IMG/VR virus record: IMGVR_UViG_2619619029_000002
Span: 12,785-76,784 of that record
DNA length: 64,000 bases
Strand: one strand, 5' to 3'
Origin: a virus
Taxonomy: Duplodnaviria > Caudoviricetes
The notes below the pieces were generated by a model. That model was not told the origin of the DNA and made no database searches. It saw only the letters and a program-made list of their open reading frames with translations. Numbering within the stretch: position 1 is the first letter of the stretch; each line of letters opens with the position of its first letter. The position numbers and the translations under genes are program-made. Shown here piece by piece: positions 53,702-62,857 of this stretch.

Positions 53702-53989
53702 CTACGATTCCTCGGTGGAGACGGGCACGGTGGAGAGAAGGGGCGGCGGCACCAGCACGCAGGGCGGGCGCATGCAGCAGGTGGGCGGGACGGGCTGGCT
53801 GCGGCACCCGGCACGCCAGGGGTGGCCGTGGCGGCAGGTGGGCCACGGGCCCGGGTAAGCAGCCTGGACGGCAGCGCCTGCGGCCGTGGCCCCGTGCGGC
53901 GCCAGCTGGCCGGCCTCGGTGAGGCTGGTGCCCAGCCGGACGGCACCGCACACGTGGCAGGTGGTGGCGCGGAGGCGGAGGCAGCTCAA
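53702..53989 (-). CDS. small Cys-rich hypothetical protein
   Basis: TTG start after AGGAGG, TTGA overlap. Confidence 0.45.
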   Translation of the reverse strand: MSCLRLRATTCHVCGAVRLGTSLTEAGQLAPHGATAAGAAVQAAYPGPWPTCRHGHPWRAGCRSQPVPPTCCMRPPCVLVPPPLLSTVPVSTEES

Positions 53990-54636
53990 GGGTGGGCCTC
54001 CTGGTGGCAAGCGTGGGGCCCGCAGTCCGGGTTGAGGCAGCGGAATGCCTTGCACGAGGGGCACGGCGTCATGGCCCGGCGGCAGCTGCACAGGCGCAGC
54101 AGCTTGTCCTTCAGCGTCGGCGCGGGCTCGCGTTCCAGGGCCTTCGCCGAGCGGGCGCTGAAGTCGTCCCAGAGCGCCTTCGCCGCATCCCGGGCGGCCT
54201 TGTAGCCGGCGCGCACCGCAGCACGGACGTCCTCGGGGAGTTCCCAGCACTGCGCCACTGGGCCGGGCTCAACGGGCACCAGCTCAGGCAGGCGGATGAC
54301 ATCGGCCAGCCACAGCCCCACCGGCCCCACGTACCAGCGAGACTCGCGGGGGACGTCCGGCCACTGGGACACGGCCGCCACCCGCGCCACCGCGAGCACC
54401 GTGCCGGTGTGGATGTCCTCTGGAGCGAAAGGCCGAATCCCCCCGTGGACGTCCATCCAGTGGGCGATGCCTTCGTCGTACTCGCCCGCGCATACCGCGA
54501 CGTAGCCGCCCAGGGCCTCCGGCGGAGGGGCCACGGACAGGTTCACCACGGGCGCCGTGCCCAGCTCCACGCTTCGCGCGAGGGGCTGGGGCACGGTGAC
54601 GGCGAGCAGTGGCTTGCGCGTGGTGCAGGTGCTCAT
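53986..54636 (-). CDS. ASCH-like domain protein with C-terminal zinc finger
   Basis: VTVPQP.A..GTVLAVARV..WYVGPVGLWLADV..WELP; CSC..C.SC..C..C. Confidence 0.65.
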   Translation of the reverse strand: MSTCTTRKPLLAVTVPQPLARSVELGTAPVVNLSVAPPPEALGGYVAVCAGEYDEGIAHWMDVHGGIRPFAPEDIHTGTVLAVARVAAVSQWPDVPRESRWYVGPVGLWLADVIRLPELVPVEPGPVAQCWELPEDVRAAVRAGYKAARDAAKALWDDFSARSAKALEREPAPTLKDKLLRLCSCRRAMTPCPSCKAFRCLNPDCGPHACHQEAHP

Positions 54637-55850
54637 CGAGGACCTCCGGAAACGCGAGCCAGCGGAAGCCCGTGGAGCGGGTCCTCCGCCGGGGCCAGGC
54701 AGCCAGGGCTGAGCCAGATGCGCTCGCGCAGGGCGTTCTCGTGGTTCCCCCGCGCGGCCGCGTACCCGCCCGGCGCCTTCCACGCGACGCAGCGCCAGGA
54801 CGCGGGCATCTCGTGCGCGCCCTCGTAACCACACAGGGCGATGCGCAGGCGCGGGTTGTCCCCGTTCGCCACTGCCCACTCGCGCACGCGGTGGGCCACC
54901 TGCAGGTACTCTTCGGCGTAGATGCTGGGGTCGCGCCCCGCGGCGTCGGAGTACGGCGGGTCCAGCAGCACGCCCGTCACGCCGATGCGCTCCGTGACGT
55001 TGGGCGAGAGGATGCGGCTCCAGTCTCCACAGCAGACGCGCACGTAGCGCAGCCGGTCCGCTAGGGCCTGCATCCACGTATGGAGCCCGCCCTGCTTCCC
55101 GGTGGCGTGGATGCCCATGCCCGACGCGCCACCGTCGCCCCTCACCAGGGGCATCTGGTTCGACAGGCCATGCACGCCCCGCCCACCGCGGCCCAGGCTC
55201 GGGCGCTTGCCCCACTCCGACGCGCGCCCCAGGTCACGCAGGCGCTGCGCGTGCACTCCGATGCCGTCCGTCAGGTGTGGGCGCTGCTCGTGCTCGGACG
55301 TGGCCTTTCCGCGCACGGCAAGCTGGTGGACGCCCCGGCCCGGCTTGTCGAGCATCGGCCGCTTCGAGTACTCGGACGTGGCGATGCCGCACGTCTTCTC
55401 GGAGCCGGCGGCGTCCTGTGCCTCCCAGGAGGGCTGGGCGCACCAGCCGCTGCCAATCCACTGGCAGAGCCCCCATACCCACCACCCGGCGACGCGCGCG
55501 TCGAAGTACTCGGCGTCCTGCCGCATGCGCTGGCGGAACTCCACCTGCGCCACCAGCCACCGGTGCCGGGCGTGCAGGTCCGCCTCGTTGACGGGCCAGT
55601 CCGCGTGGTGAGCTACCTCGTCCGGTGCCGCCGCGAGCGCCCGCCAGAAGTTGGCGAGGTAGCAGTCCAGGTCGTTGACGGTCTCCACGCCCGGCGCGGT
55701 GGGCCGGGCCAGCAGGACGGCGAGGCTTCCGGCGAAAGGCTCCACGTAGTTGGCCACGTCGCCGAAGGCGGCCCACACGAGGTGGGCCGCGCGGCTCTTC
55801 CCGCCAAACCAGGGGAAGGGAGCTCGGAGCGGAACGCAGGGTGTGGTCAT
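54633..55850 (-). CDS. Dam-like (D12/alpha class) N6-adenine DNA methyltransferase
   Basis: PFPWFGGKS, YVEPFAGS, VNDLD, VLLDPPY. Confidence 0.9.
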   Translation of the reverse strand: MTTPCVPLRAPFPWFGGKSRAAHLVWAAFGDVANYVEPFAGSLAVLLARPTAPGVETVNDLDCYLANFWRALAAAPDEVAHHADWPVNEADLHARHRWLVAQVEFRQRMRQDAEYFDARVAGWWVWGLCQWIGSGWCAQPSWEAQDAAGSEKTCGIATSEYSKRPMLDKPGRGVHQLAVRGKATSEHEQRPHLTDGIGVHAQRLRDLGRASEWGKRPSLGRGGRGVHGLSNQMPLVRGDGGASGMGIHATGKQGGLHTWMQALADRLRYVRVCCGDWSRILSPNVTERIGVTGVLLDPPYSDAAGRDPSIYAEEYLQVAHRVREWAVANGDNPRLRIALCGYEGAHEMPASWRCVAWKAPGGYAAARGNHENALRERIWLSPGCLAPAEDPLHGLPLARVSGGPR

Positions 55851-57808
55851 GCCGCGTACCCCTCGTTCGGTACGGGCGCGTCGAACCAGTAGTCCCCGCG
55901 CAACGCCCAGCCCTCCCCGAGTTCGGAGCGCAGCAGGGACTCCAGCAGCACCCTGCCCCAGGCCAGCGCACCACCCACGGGGATGGCGTTGCCGATGTGC
56001 TCCCTCCACACGCTGTCGCTGTTGCCCGCCAGCACCAGGGGCGCGCCCCGGTGGACGTGCGGCAGTCCCTGGAGGACGGCCAACTCCAGCGTGGTGAGGG
56101 GCCGGTGCCAGCAGCCCGACAGCGGAGAGAGGATGGCCGGCGCCAGCGTCCCCTTCAGTGGCTCCCAGCCCTCGGCCAGGAGTTGGAGCGCCAAGCGGAT
56201 GTCGATGGCCACGCGCGGGTGGGGCAGACGCGGGTCCGCCACCGAGCACGAGCCGTTGTCGAGTTGCATGCTCCCGGTGATGGTGCCGGCGGTGGTGTCC
56301 CAGCCGATGACGCCGTAGAAGCCGTTGCGCCCGTGGCATCCCAGGCCCAGGCGCTCCACACGCTCGTCGGCCACCGAGGCCTGCGCGTTGCCCCCGCTCA
56401 CCGTGGCCTTGCCCGTCACCGTCGGGCTCGGCGCCCGCCAGTCCCCGACACCGAACAGGCCCGGACGGCCGGCGTAGCTTCCAGCTCCGTCCGCCGTCTG
56501 CCCCAGGCCGAGCAACTCAAGCGCGCGCGGGTCGGCCACAGACACCGGAGAACTGCCCCCGGACACCCAGGACGTGGCGATGACGGTGGCCGAGGGCCGG
56601 GTCCAGTGCAGCACCCCGGCGGCGCCTGGTCGGGCGTCCTTGCGCATCGCCAGGGCTTCCAGCGGGCGAGGGTCAGCCGCGGAAGGCGCACCAGCCGTCA
56701 TCGACGTCACACCGGTGACGCAGTGGGCGGGGTCCGCCCAGTCGCCCACGCGGTACTGGTTCGTGAAGCGACCGTCCTTCCCGTAGCCCAGTGCCTCCAG
56801 GGGGCGCGGGTCCTCGACGGCGCACAGGCCCGCGCCGCCCGGCCCGGACACGGTGGGCGACGGCGCCGCCCATGCCTGGACGGGGTGTCGGCGGTGGACC
56901 TCCCGCCGCTTCTGCGAGGCCTCGACGGGATTGCCGAGCTGTTCCTCCACCATCGCGCGGAAGGCAGCCGTGTCCATGCCCGTCGGCCACAGTCCGCGCT
57001 GCTGGAGCGTCTCCACCACGTGCCCGCGCTTGGGCAAGTCCCGCCAGTCGCCGCCCGGGGGGATGAGCGCCAGGCGCACCGCGTTCAGCCACGAGACACG
57101 AGGCAGGCGGTGCATACGGCCTGCGCGCGGGTCATCCGGCCACGGCAGCGGGGCCAGGACCTCGCCCACGCCGCGAAGTCCCTGGTAGGGAGGCAGCGCC
57201 ACCTGCACTGGGCAGCGGCGCGAGTCCCGGGCAGACAGGGTGAAGCGCTCACGCGACTGCGCCAGCCCACCCTCCTGGCCGAGGTCGTGCGTGGTGACGT
57301 TCACCTCGTAACCTGCCGCGCGCAGGAGGCGAATCGTCTTTCCCAGCACGTCCCGGCAGCGCGTGCGGAAGCTGGGCACGTTCTCCACGACGATGAGCCG
57401 CGGACGGTTGTCCCGCTCCGGGTACGCCGCGAGCACCAGCTTCGCCGCGTGGAACATGAGCTGGTTCATGTCCTGGTACTTCGCGCTGGCGGCCATCTCC
57501 GCCGGCAGCAGCTTCGAGGCGCCCTTGCACGGTGGGCTCCACTTCGTCATGTCCGGCGCGTCGGAGCCCCAGAAGGCCCGCAGTTCCTCCGGCGTCAGAG
57601 TCGCGATGTCCGCGCAGAGGGACGGCGCGCCCGTCAGGTACGTGAAGTCCTCGCAGCACTTCGCGTCGAAGTCGACGCCGCCCAGGTTGCGCCAGGAGGC
57701 GGTGCGGCCCGCCACTTCGACGGTGGCCATGTCGTGGCCCATCGACCCGGGCCCAGAGCCACAGAAGAGGTAGCCGACGGTGAACTCGTGGTGGGTGGCG
57801 CAGCTCAT
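55847..57808 (-). CDS. C5-cytosine DNA methyltransferase with expanded repeat region
   Basis: LFCGSG (I), SPPC (IV), VENV (VI), QSRER (VIII), RPLTTLE..LQG (IX), IGNAIP (X). Confidence 0.92.
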   Translation of the reverse strand: MSCATHHEFTVGYLFCGSGPGSMGHDMATVEVAGRTASWRNLGGVDFDAKCCEDFTYLTGAPSLCADIATLTPEELRAFWGSDAPDMTKWSPPCKGASKLLPAEMAASAKYQDMNQLMFHAAKLVLAAYPERDNRPRLIVVENVPSFRTRCRDVLGKTIRLLRAAGYEVNVTTHDLGQEGGLAQSRERFTLSARDSRRCPVQVALPPYQGLRGVGEVLAPLPWPDDPRAGRMHRLPRVSWLNAVRLALIPPGGDWRDLPKRGHVVETLQQRGLWPTGMDTAAFRAMVEEQLGNPVEASQKRREVHRRHPVQAWAAPSPTVSGPGGAGLCAVEDPRPLEALGYGKDGRFTNQYRVGDWADPAHCVTGVTSMTAGAPSAADPRPLEALAMRKDARPGAAGVLHWTRPSATVIATSWVSGGSSPVSVADPRALELLGLGQTADGAGSYAGRPGLFGVGDWRAPSPTVTGKATVSGGNAQASVADERVERLGLGCHGRNGFYGVIGWDTTAGTITGSMQLDNGSCSVADPRLPHPRVAIDIRLALQLLAEGWEPLKGTLAPAILSPLSGCWHRPLTTLELAVLQGLPHVHRGAPLVLAGNSDSVWREHIGNAIPVGGALAWGRVLLESLLRSELGEGWALRGDYWFDAPVPNEGYAA

Positions 57809-57978
57809 GGACGGCTCCCAATGCAGTGGGCGGCGATGACGGTGAGGACGACGGCACAGCCCGCCGCGCAGAAGGCGGTCTGGATCTGCTGCTCGCTCAG
57901 CCAGGGCAGCACGAGCCCGGCGGCGGTGGAGCCCACGGCGAGGAAGCCGAGGGCGAAGGTGGTGGCGCGCAGGCTCAA
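57805..57978 (-). CDS. small 2-TM membrane protein
   Basis: TTG start overlapping the upstream stop; two hydrophobic segments. Confidence 0.5.
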   Translation of the reverse strand: MSLRATTFALGFLAVGSTAAGLVLPWLSEQQIQTAFCAAGCAVVLTVIAAHCIGSRP

Positions 57979-58484
57979 GAGAGGGACTCCATCCACGGCA
58001 CCGGCGTGAGGTGACCGGGCAGGTAGAGCGGGTGCTTCGGGTCCCCTCCCCTGGTGAGCCCCAGCGCGTGGACAGCGTGGCGCTGCCGCAGTGCCGAGAG
58101 CACGGCCGGGGCACGGTGGGTGGTGCCGCGGAAGGCGCCCCACGCGGCGACCACCAGGTGAGCATCCGACGAGGCACGGACCAGGGCGGCATCGTTCTCC
58201 GGGCCGACGCGGTCCACGCCGCGCACCAGCAGCTCTCCAGGGTCCGTGGCGCGGAAGGCGAACAGGTTGCAGACGGTGAGCGCGCCGAAGCCCCAGGACT
58301 GGGCGAAGCCCACGCAGCGGCGCAGCGTCGGGTCATCCTGGGTGCCATTCGCGGTGCTCGGATTGAGCATGACGAAGAGCACGCGGCGCACGTCCGAGCC
58401 CTCCGCCCAGGTGCGCCAGAGGCGGTAGCGATACAGGCCGCACGCGCTGATGTCGGCGCCAGCATCCAGGTAGCGGCAGCTCAT
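57975..58484 (-). CDS. DUF1643 family protein
   Basis: YRYRLWR.W..VMLNPSTA....DDPTLRRC..NLFAFRATDP..AWG..PKHPLY. Confidence 0.9.
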   Translation of the reverse strand: MSCRYLDAGADISACGLYRYRLWRTWAEGSDVRRVLFVMLNPSTANGTQDDPTLRRCVGFAQSWGFGALTVCNLFAFRATDPGELLVRGVDRVGPENDAALVRASSDAHLVVAAWGAFRGTTHRAPAVLSALRQRHAVHALGLTRGGDPKHPLYLPGHLTPVPWMESLS

Positions 58485-58915
58485 GGACGGGCCCCCCGAG
58501 CAGCAGCCCACCCGGCGTGCACGCGCTCCAGGATGGGCTCCGGCAGCGTCCACAGCCCCTGGGCGCCGCGGCAAGCCACGGGCGTCGGGAGCTGGACGAC
58601 TTGGTCCAGCGTCCAGCCCACTGGCCCGCCGAACCAGGGTGACTCGCTGTCGCGCACCACCCCCGCGAGACGGGCCACGGCGATGATGACGCCGGAGGGC
58701 TGCTCACTCTCGCCGGGCACCTGGACACCGAAGGTGTCAGCGATGGAGTCCGCCGCGTCCTGGTCCCACTTCTTGCCGGCGTGGATGGCGAGCCAGCCGC
58801 CCACCATCGCGCGCGGGGGCTCCCAGGTTCGGTTCTCCACGTCCTTGCCCGCGCAGGCGATGGCCCAGGCCCAGGGGCGGATGAGCGTCAGGCCGCGGAT
58901 GCGCTCGGTGCTCAC
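58481..58915 (-). CDS. ASCH domain protein
   Basis: LTLIRPWAWAI...KDVENRTW..WLAIHAG..WFGGPVGW..CRGAQGLW. Confidence 0.9.
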   Translation of the reverse strand: MSTERIRGLTLIRPWAWAIACAGKDVENRTWEPPRAMVGGWLAIHAGKKWDQDAADSIADTFGVQVPGESEQPSGVIIAVARLAGVVRDSESPWFGGPVGWTLDQVVQLPTPVACRGAQGLWTLPEPILERVHAGWAAARGARP

Positions 58916-59178
58916 GCGTCCTCCCGGGGCTTCCGCGCGGCGCTCACCTCGAAGATGGTGGCCTGCCTGTCCCGGTACTCGCCCTTCTGGCGGATCACCT
59001 TGGACAGCCTGCGGGCCTTGGCGGAGAGGTCGCCCTCCGTCTTCTTGAAGTCCTTCATGGCCGCGGCCTTTTCCTCGCGGACCTCATCAATCTTCTCGAG
59101 GACGCCGGCCAGTTCGTTGGACTTCTCCAGCAGCTGCTCGCGGCTGTACGGCACGAACTCCTGGGTGGACTCGCTCAC
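58912..59178 (-). CDS. small coiled-coil protein
   Basis: Coupled on both sides; AGGAG RBS. Confidence 0.7.
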   Translation of the reverse strand: MSESTQEFVPYSREQLLEKSNELAGVLEKIDEVREEKAAAMKDFKKTEGDLSAKARRLSKVIRQKGEYRDRQATIFEVSAARKPREDA

Positions 59179-59525
59179 GGCGTGGCTCCTTCCTCGACAT
59201 CGGTGGTGGCGGTGTCGCGCAGGTACTTCTCCGCGGCCTCGGTGCCAGACGCGGTGAGCAGCAGAGAGCGCGCCGCCTTCGACTCGCGGGTGAGGCGGCG
59301 CTTGCGCTCCAGCGCCGTCAGCAAGTCATTGACGCCGTTGGTGGAGGCGACGCCCAGACGGGCGGCCAGCTCGCGCACCGTGGGCGGGAAGCCGCGCTCC
59401 TTCGTCATGACGAGGATGAGGGCCGCCACTTCCTTCTGCCGTGGAGTCAGCGGCTCGATGGAGACATTGCCGCGCTCAAGTTCCGGGCGGCGGCGACGCG
59501 GACGAGGGTCTGGACATGGAGTCAT
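59175..59525 (-). CDS. LexA-type winged-helix DNA-binding protein lacking the peptidase domain
   Basis: LTPRQKEV..GFPPTVRELAARLGVASTNGV..L.ALERK..L.R...ARSL. Confidence 0.85.
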   Translation of the reverse strand: MTPCPDPRPRRRRPELERGNVSIEPLTPRQKEVAALILVMTKERGFPPTVRELAARLGVASTNGVNDLLTALERKRRLTRESKAARSLLLTASGTEAAEKYLRDTATTDVEEGATP

Positions 59526-61141
59526 GCGGCACCTGCCTTTCGGGTGTGACGGCGGTCCTCACGGCTCCGGCAACGCTCGCGGTAGAGCGTCGTCAGGTGC
59601 TGGGTGAGCAGCCGCACGTCGTTGGGGGTGTTCTGAATGCCCTTCCACTCGCGCCGACCGGTGGGCGCCGGGAAGTCCCAGGCCCCCTTCGCCCACGCAC
59701 AATCCGCCGCCACCAGGGCGAGCTCGCGGCGGAACAACTCTTCGGTGAGTTCCTCGCCGCAGCGGCGCAGCTCATCCACCGCGCCATCCATGAGCAGGCC
59801 CAGGGCCGTCACGCCCGCGCCATGGAAGAGTCGCGACTCGCTGGGGTGCTTGCCCCACGCCTCCGGCCAGGTGGCGCGCACGGCGGACCACCACGCACTC
59901 ACCAGCCGCACCATTGCGTCCACGTCCTGCGGCTCGCGGCTGTAGAGCGCCCCGTCGGAGAGGCTGTACTCCAGGGACTTGAGGAGGCTGGTGTCCTTGA
60001 GGAGGGCCGTCCGGCCACGCCACGCCGCAGGCGTGCGGCCGGTGCGCAGGGGGTTGGTGACGGTGACGACGAGTCCTCGCAGCGGACTGGCCGCATCCTG
60101 GTTGAGGCGCTCCACCAGCGCGGCGGGGAGCCGCTTCGTCTCCAGCGCGGCGGGAAGTGCGCCGTGCGTCGTGGGCAGCAACTCGTGGATGAGCCCGGCG
60201 GGGAGTGGCCGCGTCCGGTTGACGAGAATGAACTGCTCGGCCTGCTCGCCGGAGCTGTCGGTGATGAACGCGACGCACGCGAGGCGGAAGGCCGCCACCA
60301 ACGCGTCGCGCACGGCGGCCAGGCGCTGCTGGCCATCCACGATGAAGCCGGGTGCGCGCTCCTCCCCCTCCAAGGGGATGACGAGGTGCCCATGCTCCGC
60401 TCCTGGCGCGAGTTCCTCGAAGCGGACGCGCGAGTCGAAGGCCAGCACCACGGCGTTGGGCACCAGCGGCGACGCGCTCTCCAGGTACTCGCGGATAGCC
60501 GCGATGTGGCTCAGCACCTCGGGCCGTTGGTAGCCGGTGAGTTGTCCGTCGGCCCGGCGAACGCGGGACACCGTCGCGAACTCGGGCACCCTCTTGCCGT
60601 CTACCGAGAACAGGTAGAGGTGCCGCCCAGGGGACTGCTCCACGCGAAGCGCCGCGACGCGCAGAACCTTGGCCGGCGGCGCAGCCCGAGTTGCCTCGCG
60701 GGCGCGGCGAGCCTCAGACAGCACGCGCAGCCGTGCGCCCTGGGTAGCGCCCTTGAGAGGCTCCACCAGCGTCCAGCCCTCGCGGGGTGACTCTTCCAGG
60801 GCAGCACGGAGCGGCGCCACGTAGGCGGCCCCGGCGTAGACGTGCAACTCCACGGAGTCGGCCGGGTAGATGCGAGCCAGCGCCTCCACCACTCGCCTGC
60901 CCCAGGCATCACGCTCGGAGCGGGCCATGCTGGCCAGAGTGACGTCGTAGGGCTCTACCTGGGCGGCATGCGCCACCAGCCCGTGGAGCGCCGACACGAC
61001 GAAGACGTGCTGGCATGACGCCTCCGCCTCCGCGAGGTGAGCGCGGAACAGGGTCCCGGTGTAGAGGTCGCGGGCGGGCGCGGCATGCGCACGCTTCGCC
61101 TTGCCACACCCCACGAGCGCGATGCGAAGGGCCGTGCTCAT
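59522..61141 (-). CDS. fusion of a DUF6884-like domain and a DGQHR/DpdB-like (DndB/ParB superfamily) domain
   Basis: IALVGCGKAK..PARDLYTG.LF..SALHGL..PYD.TL; GYQRPEVLSHI..PNAVVLAF..IVDGQQR..FILVN.T.PLP.GLIHELLP. Confidence 0.85.
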   Translation of the reverse strand: MSTALRIALVGCGKAKRAHAAPARDLYTGTLFRAHLAEAEASCQHVFVVSALHGLVAHAAQVEPYDVTLASMARSERDAWGRRVVEALARIYPADSVELHVYAGAAYVAPLRAALEESPREGWTLVEPLKGATQGARLRVLSEARRAREATRAAPPAKVLRVAALRVEQSPGRHLYLFSVDGKRVPEFATVSRVRRADGQLTGYQRPEVLSHIAAIREYLESASPLVPNAVVLAFDSRVRFEELAPGAEHGHLVIPLEGEERAPGFIVDGQQRLAAVRDALVAAFRLACVAFITDSSGEQAEQFILVNRTRPLPAGLIHELLPTTHGALPAALETKRLPAALVERLNQDAASPLRGLVVTVTNPLRTGRTPAAWRGRTALLKDTSLLKSLEYSLSDGALYSREPQDVDAMVRLVSAWWSAVRATWPEAWGKHPSESRLFHGAGVTALGLLMDGAVDELRRCGEELTEELFRRELALVAADCAWAKGAWDFPAPTGRREWKGIQNTPNDVRLLTQHLTTLYRERCRSREDRRHTRKAGAA

Positions 61142-61389
61142 TGAGCGCCCTCCGCGTCGTCGTCGACGACGTAGATGTCGAAGTCCTCGATGTCGAGCGG
61201 CTTGCCCTGGGCCTCGGACGCGTCAACCAGCCGCTGCAGGCTGGCGTACGCGAGCGTTTTCGCCTCGTCGGAGTTGCGGCCGTCCTCCTTCACTTCCGGA
61301 AGGCCTTCGGCGCGGATGGTGGTGCGCCAGCCCAGAGGACCACCGGGAGTGCTTTTGAAGAAGAGCTGCGGGCGCCGGGTGCAGTTCAT
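61138..61389 (-). CDS. small hypothetical protein
   Basis: Coupled on both sides. Confidence 0.6.
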   Translation of the reverse strand: MNCTRRPQLFFKSTPGGPLGWRTTIRAEGLPEVKEDGRNSDEAKTLAYASLQRLVDASEAQGKPLDIEDFDIYVVDDDAEGAQ

Positions 61390-61658
61390 GACGCGCGCCC
61401 TCGCAGGAAGGGCACCCCGTCCGGGTGCTTGCAGTTGATGGACGCCAGCTTCGCGGCCGAGCGCTCCACCACGTGCCGCGCCTCGGACACGGAGGAGTCC
61501 CAGACGGACACAACAGGGTCGCCGCTCGCGTCGCGAGCAGTCACGCGGTAGCCGCTCCCGCTGCGCACCTCGGTGCGCGAGACGATGGCTGGCGCCGTCG
61601 CCTTCTGGGGCTCCGCGCACACGGGCGGGGCCAGGACGATGAGGTGGAGGACGCTCAC
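61386..61658 (-). CDS. small hypothetical protein
   Basis: GTGA overlap with the PP2C stop; GGAGG RBS. Confidence 0.5.
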   Translation of the reverse strand: MSVLHLIVLAPPVCAEPQKATAPAIVSRTEVRSGSGYRVTARDASGDPVVSVWDSSVSEARHVVERSAAKLASINCKHPDGVPFLRGRAS

Positions 61659-62344
61659 GCTCCACCTCCCACCCGCACCACCAGGGCCGTGCAGTTGTCC
61701 CGGCTCTCCTTGGCCAGCGCGAGGCGCACCAGCTCCTCGGCGGCCCACCGCGCGTCACGCGTGGGTAGCTCGCGAAGGATGGCGCGAATCTCAGGGTGGC
61801 CCAGGGTGTCCGAGACGCCGTCGGTAGCCAGCACCCAGACGTCGCCTGGCTCCGTTTCCAGGACACGCACGTCCGGCTCCGAGGAGCAGTCCGGACTCGT
61901 GGCCCCCAGGCACCGGTTGAGGACGTGCCGGTACTCGCGGTGGTCCTGGGTGAGCTGCTCAAGAACTCCGCAGCGCATCCGGTACACGCGGCTGTCGCCA
62001 ACGTGCGCCACCACTGCGGACGAGCCCGCCAGCATCAGCATGGCCAGGGTGGTGCTGCCTCCGGAGGCCAGGACGGACACCTCCGCCTTGGCCACGGTGC
62101 TGCGCGCGAGCGCGTCCGTCAGCGGGCCCGCGGACTGGGCCGCGAAGAGCACCGAGTCCACCGCGGCGCGGCTGGCCAGGTCCCCGTTGGGGTGCCCGCC
62201 CAGCCCGTCCGCCACGGCGAACACGGACATGGCGCCCACGTCGTGGCCGACCGCGTCCTCCTGGTAGGACCGCAGGCCGCGCTCCGTGCAGGCCCCGACG
62301 TCGTAGGCCAGGGGCTGGCCCTGGGTGGCAACGGCGGCGCTCAT
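61655..62344 (-). CDS. PP2C/PPM-family Ser/Thr protein phosphatase
   Basis: RSYQED, VADGLGGH, GSTT, HVGDSRVY, LTQDH, LATDG, DNCT. Confidence 0.93.
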   Translation of the reverse strand: MSAAVATQGQPLAYDVGACTERGLRSYQEDAVGHDVGAMSVFAVADGLGGHPNGDLASRAAVDSVLFAAQSAGPLTDALARSTVAKAEVSVLASGGSTTLAMLMLAGSSAVVAHVGDSRVYRMRCGVLEQLTQDHREYRHVLNRCLGATSPDCSSEPDVRVLETEPGDVWVLATDGVSDTLGHPEIRAILRELPTRDARWAAEELVRLALAKESRDNCTALVVRVGGGA

Positions 62345-62613
62345 CGCCCACCGCCCTTGCCCTTGCGGGCGTCCGGCGTGGTGGACGGCTGTCCGGCGGT
62401 GTGACGACGGGCTACCTCGGCCAGGACAGCGGCGTGCGCCTCCTGGTACCCGAAGGGGCCGGTGCACACAGCGGCGTAGCCCGGGATGCTCGCGCGCCAG
62501 CCGTCGCCCACCTGCTCGAATTCGAGGGCGAAGCGGGCTGGGAGGCGACGGACGGGCGGCGATGGGGGGACGACGGTCGACGGACGAGTGGCGTTGTTGT
62601 CAGGACGAGACAT
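62341..62613 (-). CDS. small hypothetical protein
   Basis: Coupled to PP2C; FALEFEQVGDGWRASIPG. Confidence 0.55.
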   Translation of the reverse strand: MSRPDNNATRPSTVVPPSPPVRRLPARFALEFEQVGDGWRASIPGYAAVCTGPFGYQEAHAAVLAEVARRHTAGQPSTTPDARKGKGGGR

Positions 62614-62701
62614 AGGAATTCCCTGGCTGTGAATGGCGGCGCGAACGCCATCCGCGACATGCGCGCCCTAGTGACTGACCACCGAAGAAGTTGGCAGACG
62701 G

Positions 62702-62857
62702 CTAGGAGCCGAGCGCCCGAAGAACGGCAAGCGCATGTGCCAACGCGTGGGGGTAGCACGCGAGGTCCGCACACTCGCGACAGCCAGGGATGGGCGGCAC
62801 CTTGGCGCGATAGGCATCAGCGAGCTGCGTGTCTGCCACGTGCTCAACTGCGCTCAT
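62702..62857 (-). CDS. possible small Cys-motif protein
   Basis: MSAVEH..GCRECADLAC; short ORF. Confidence 0.35.
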   Translation of the reverse strand: MSAVEHVADTQLADAYRAKVPPIPGCRECADLACYPHALAHALAVLRALGS

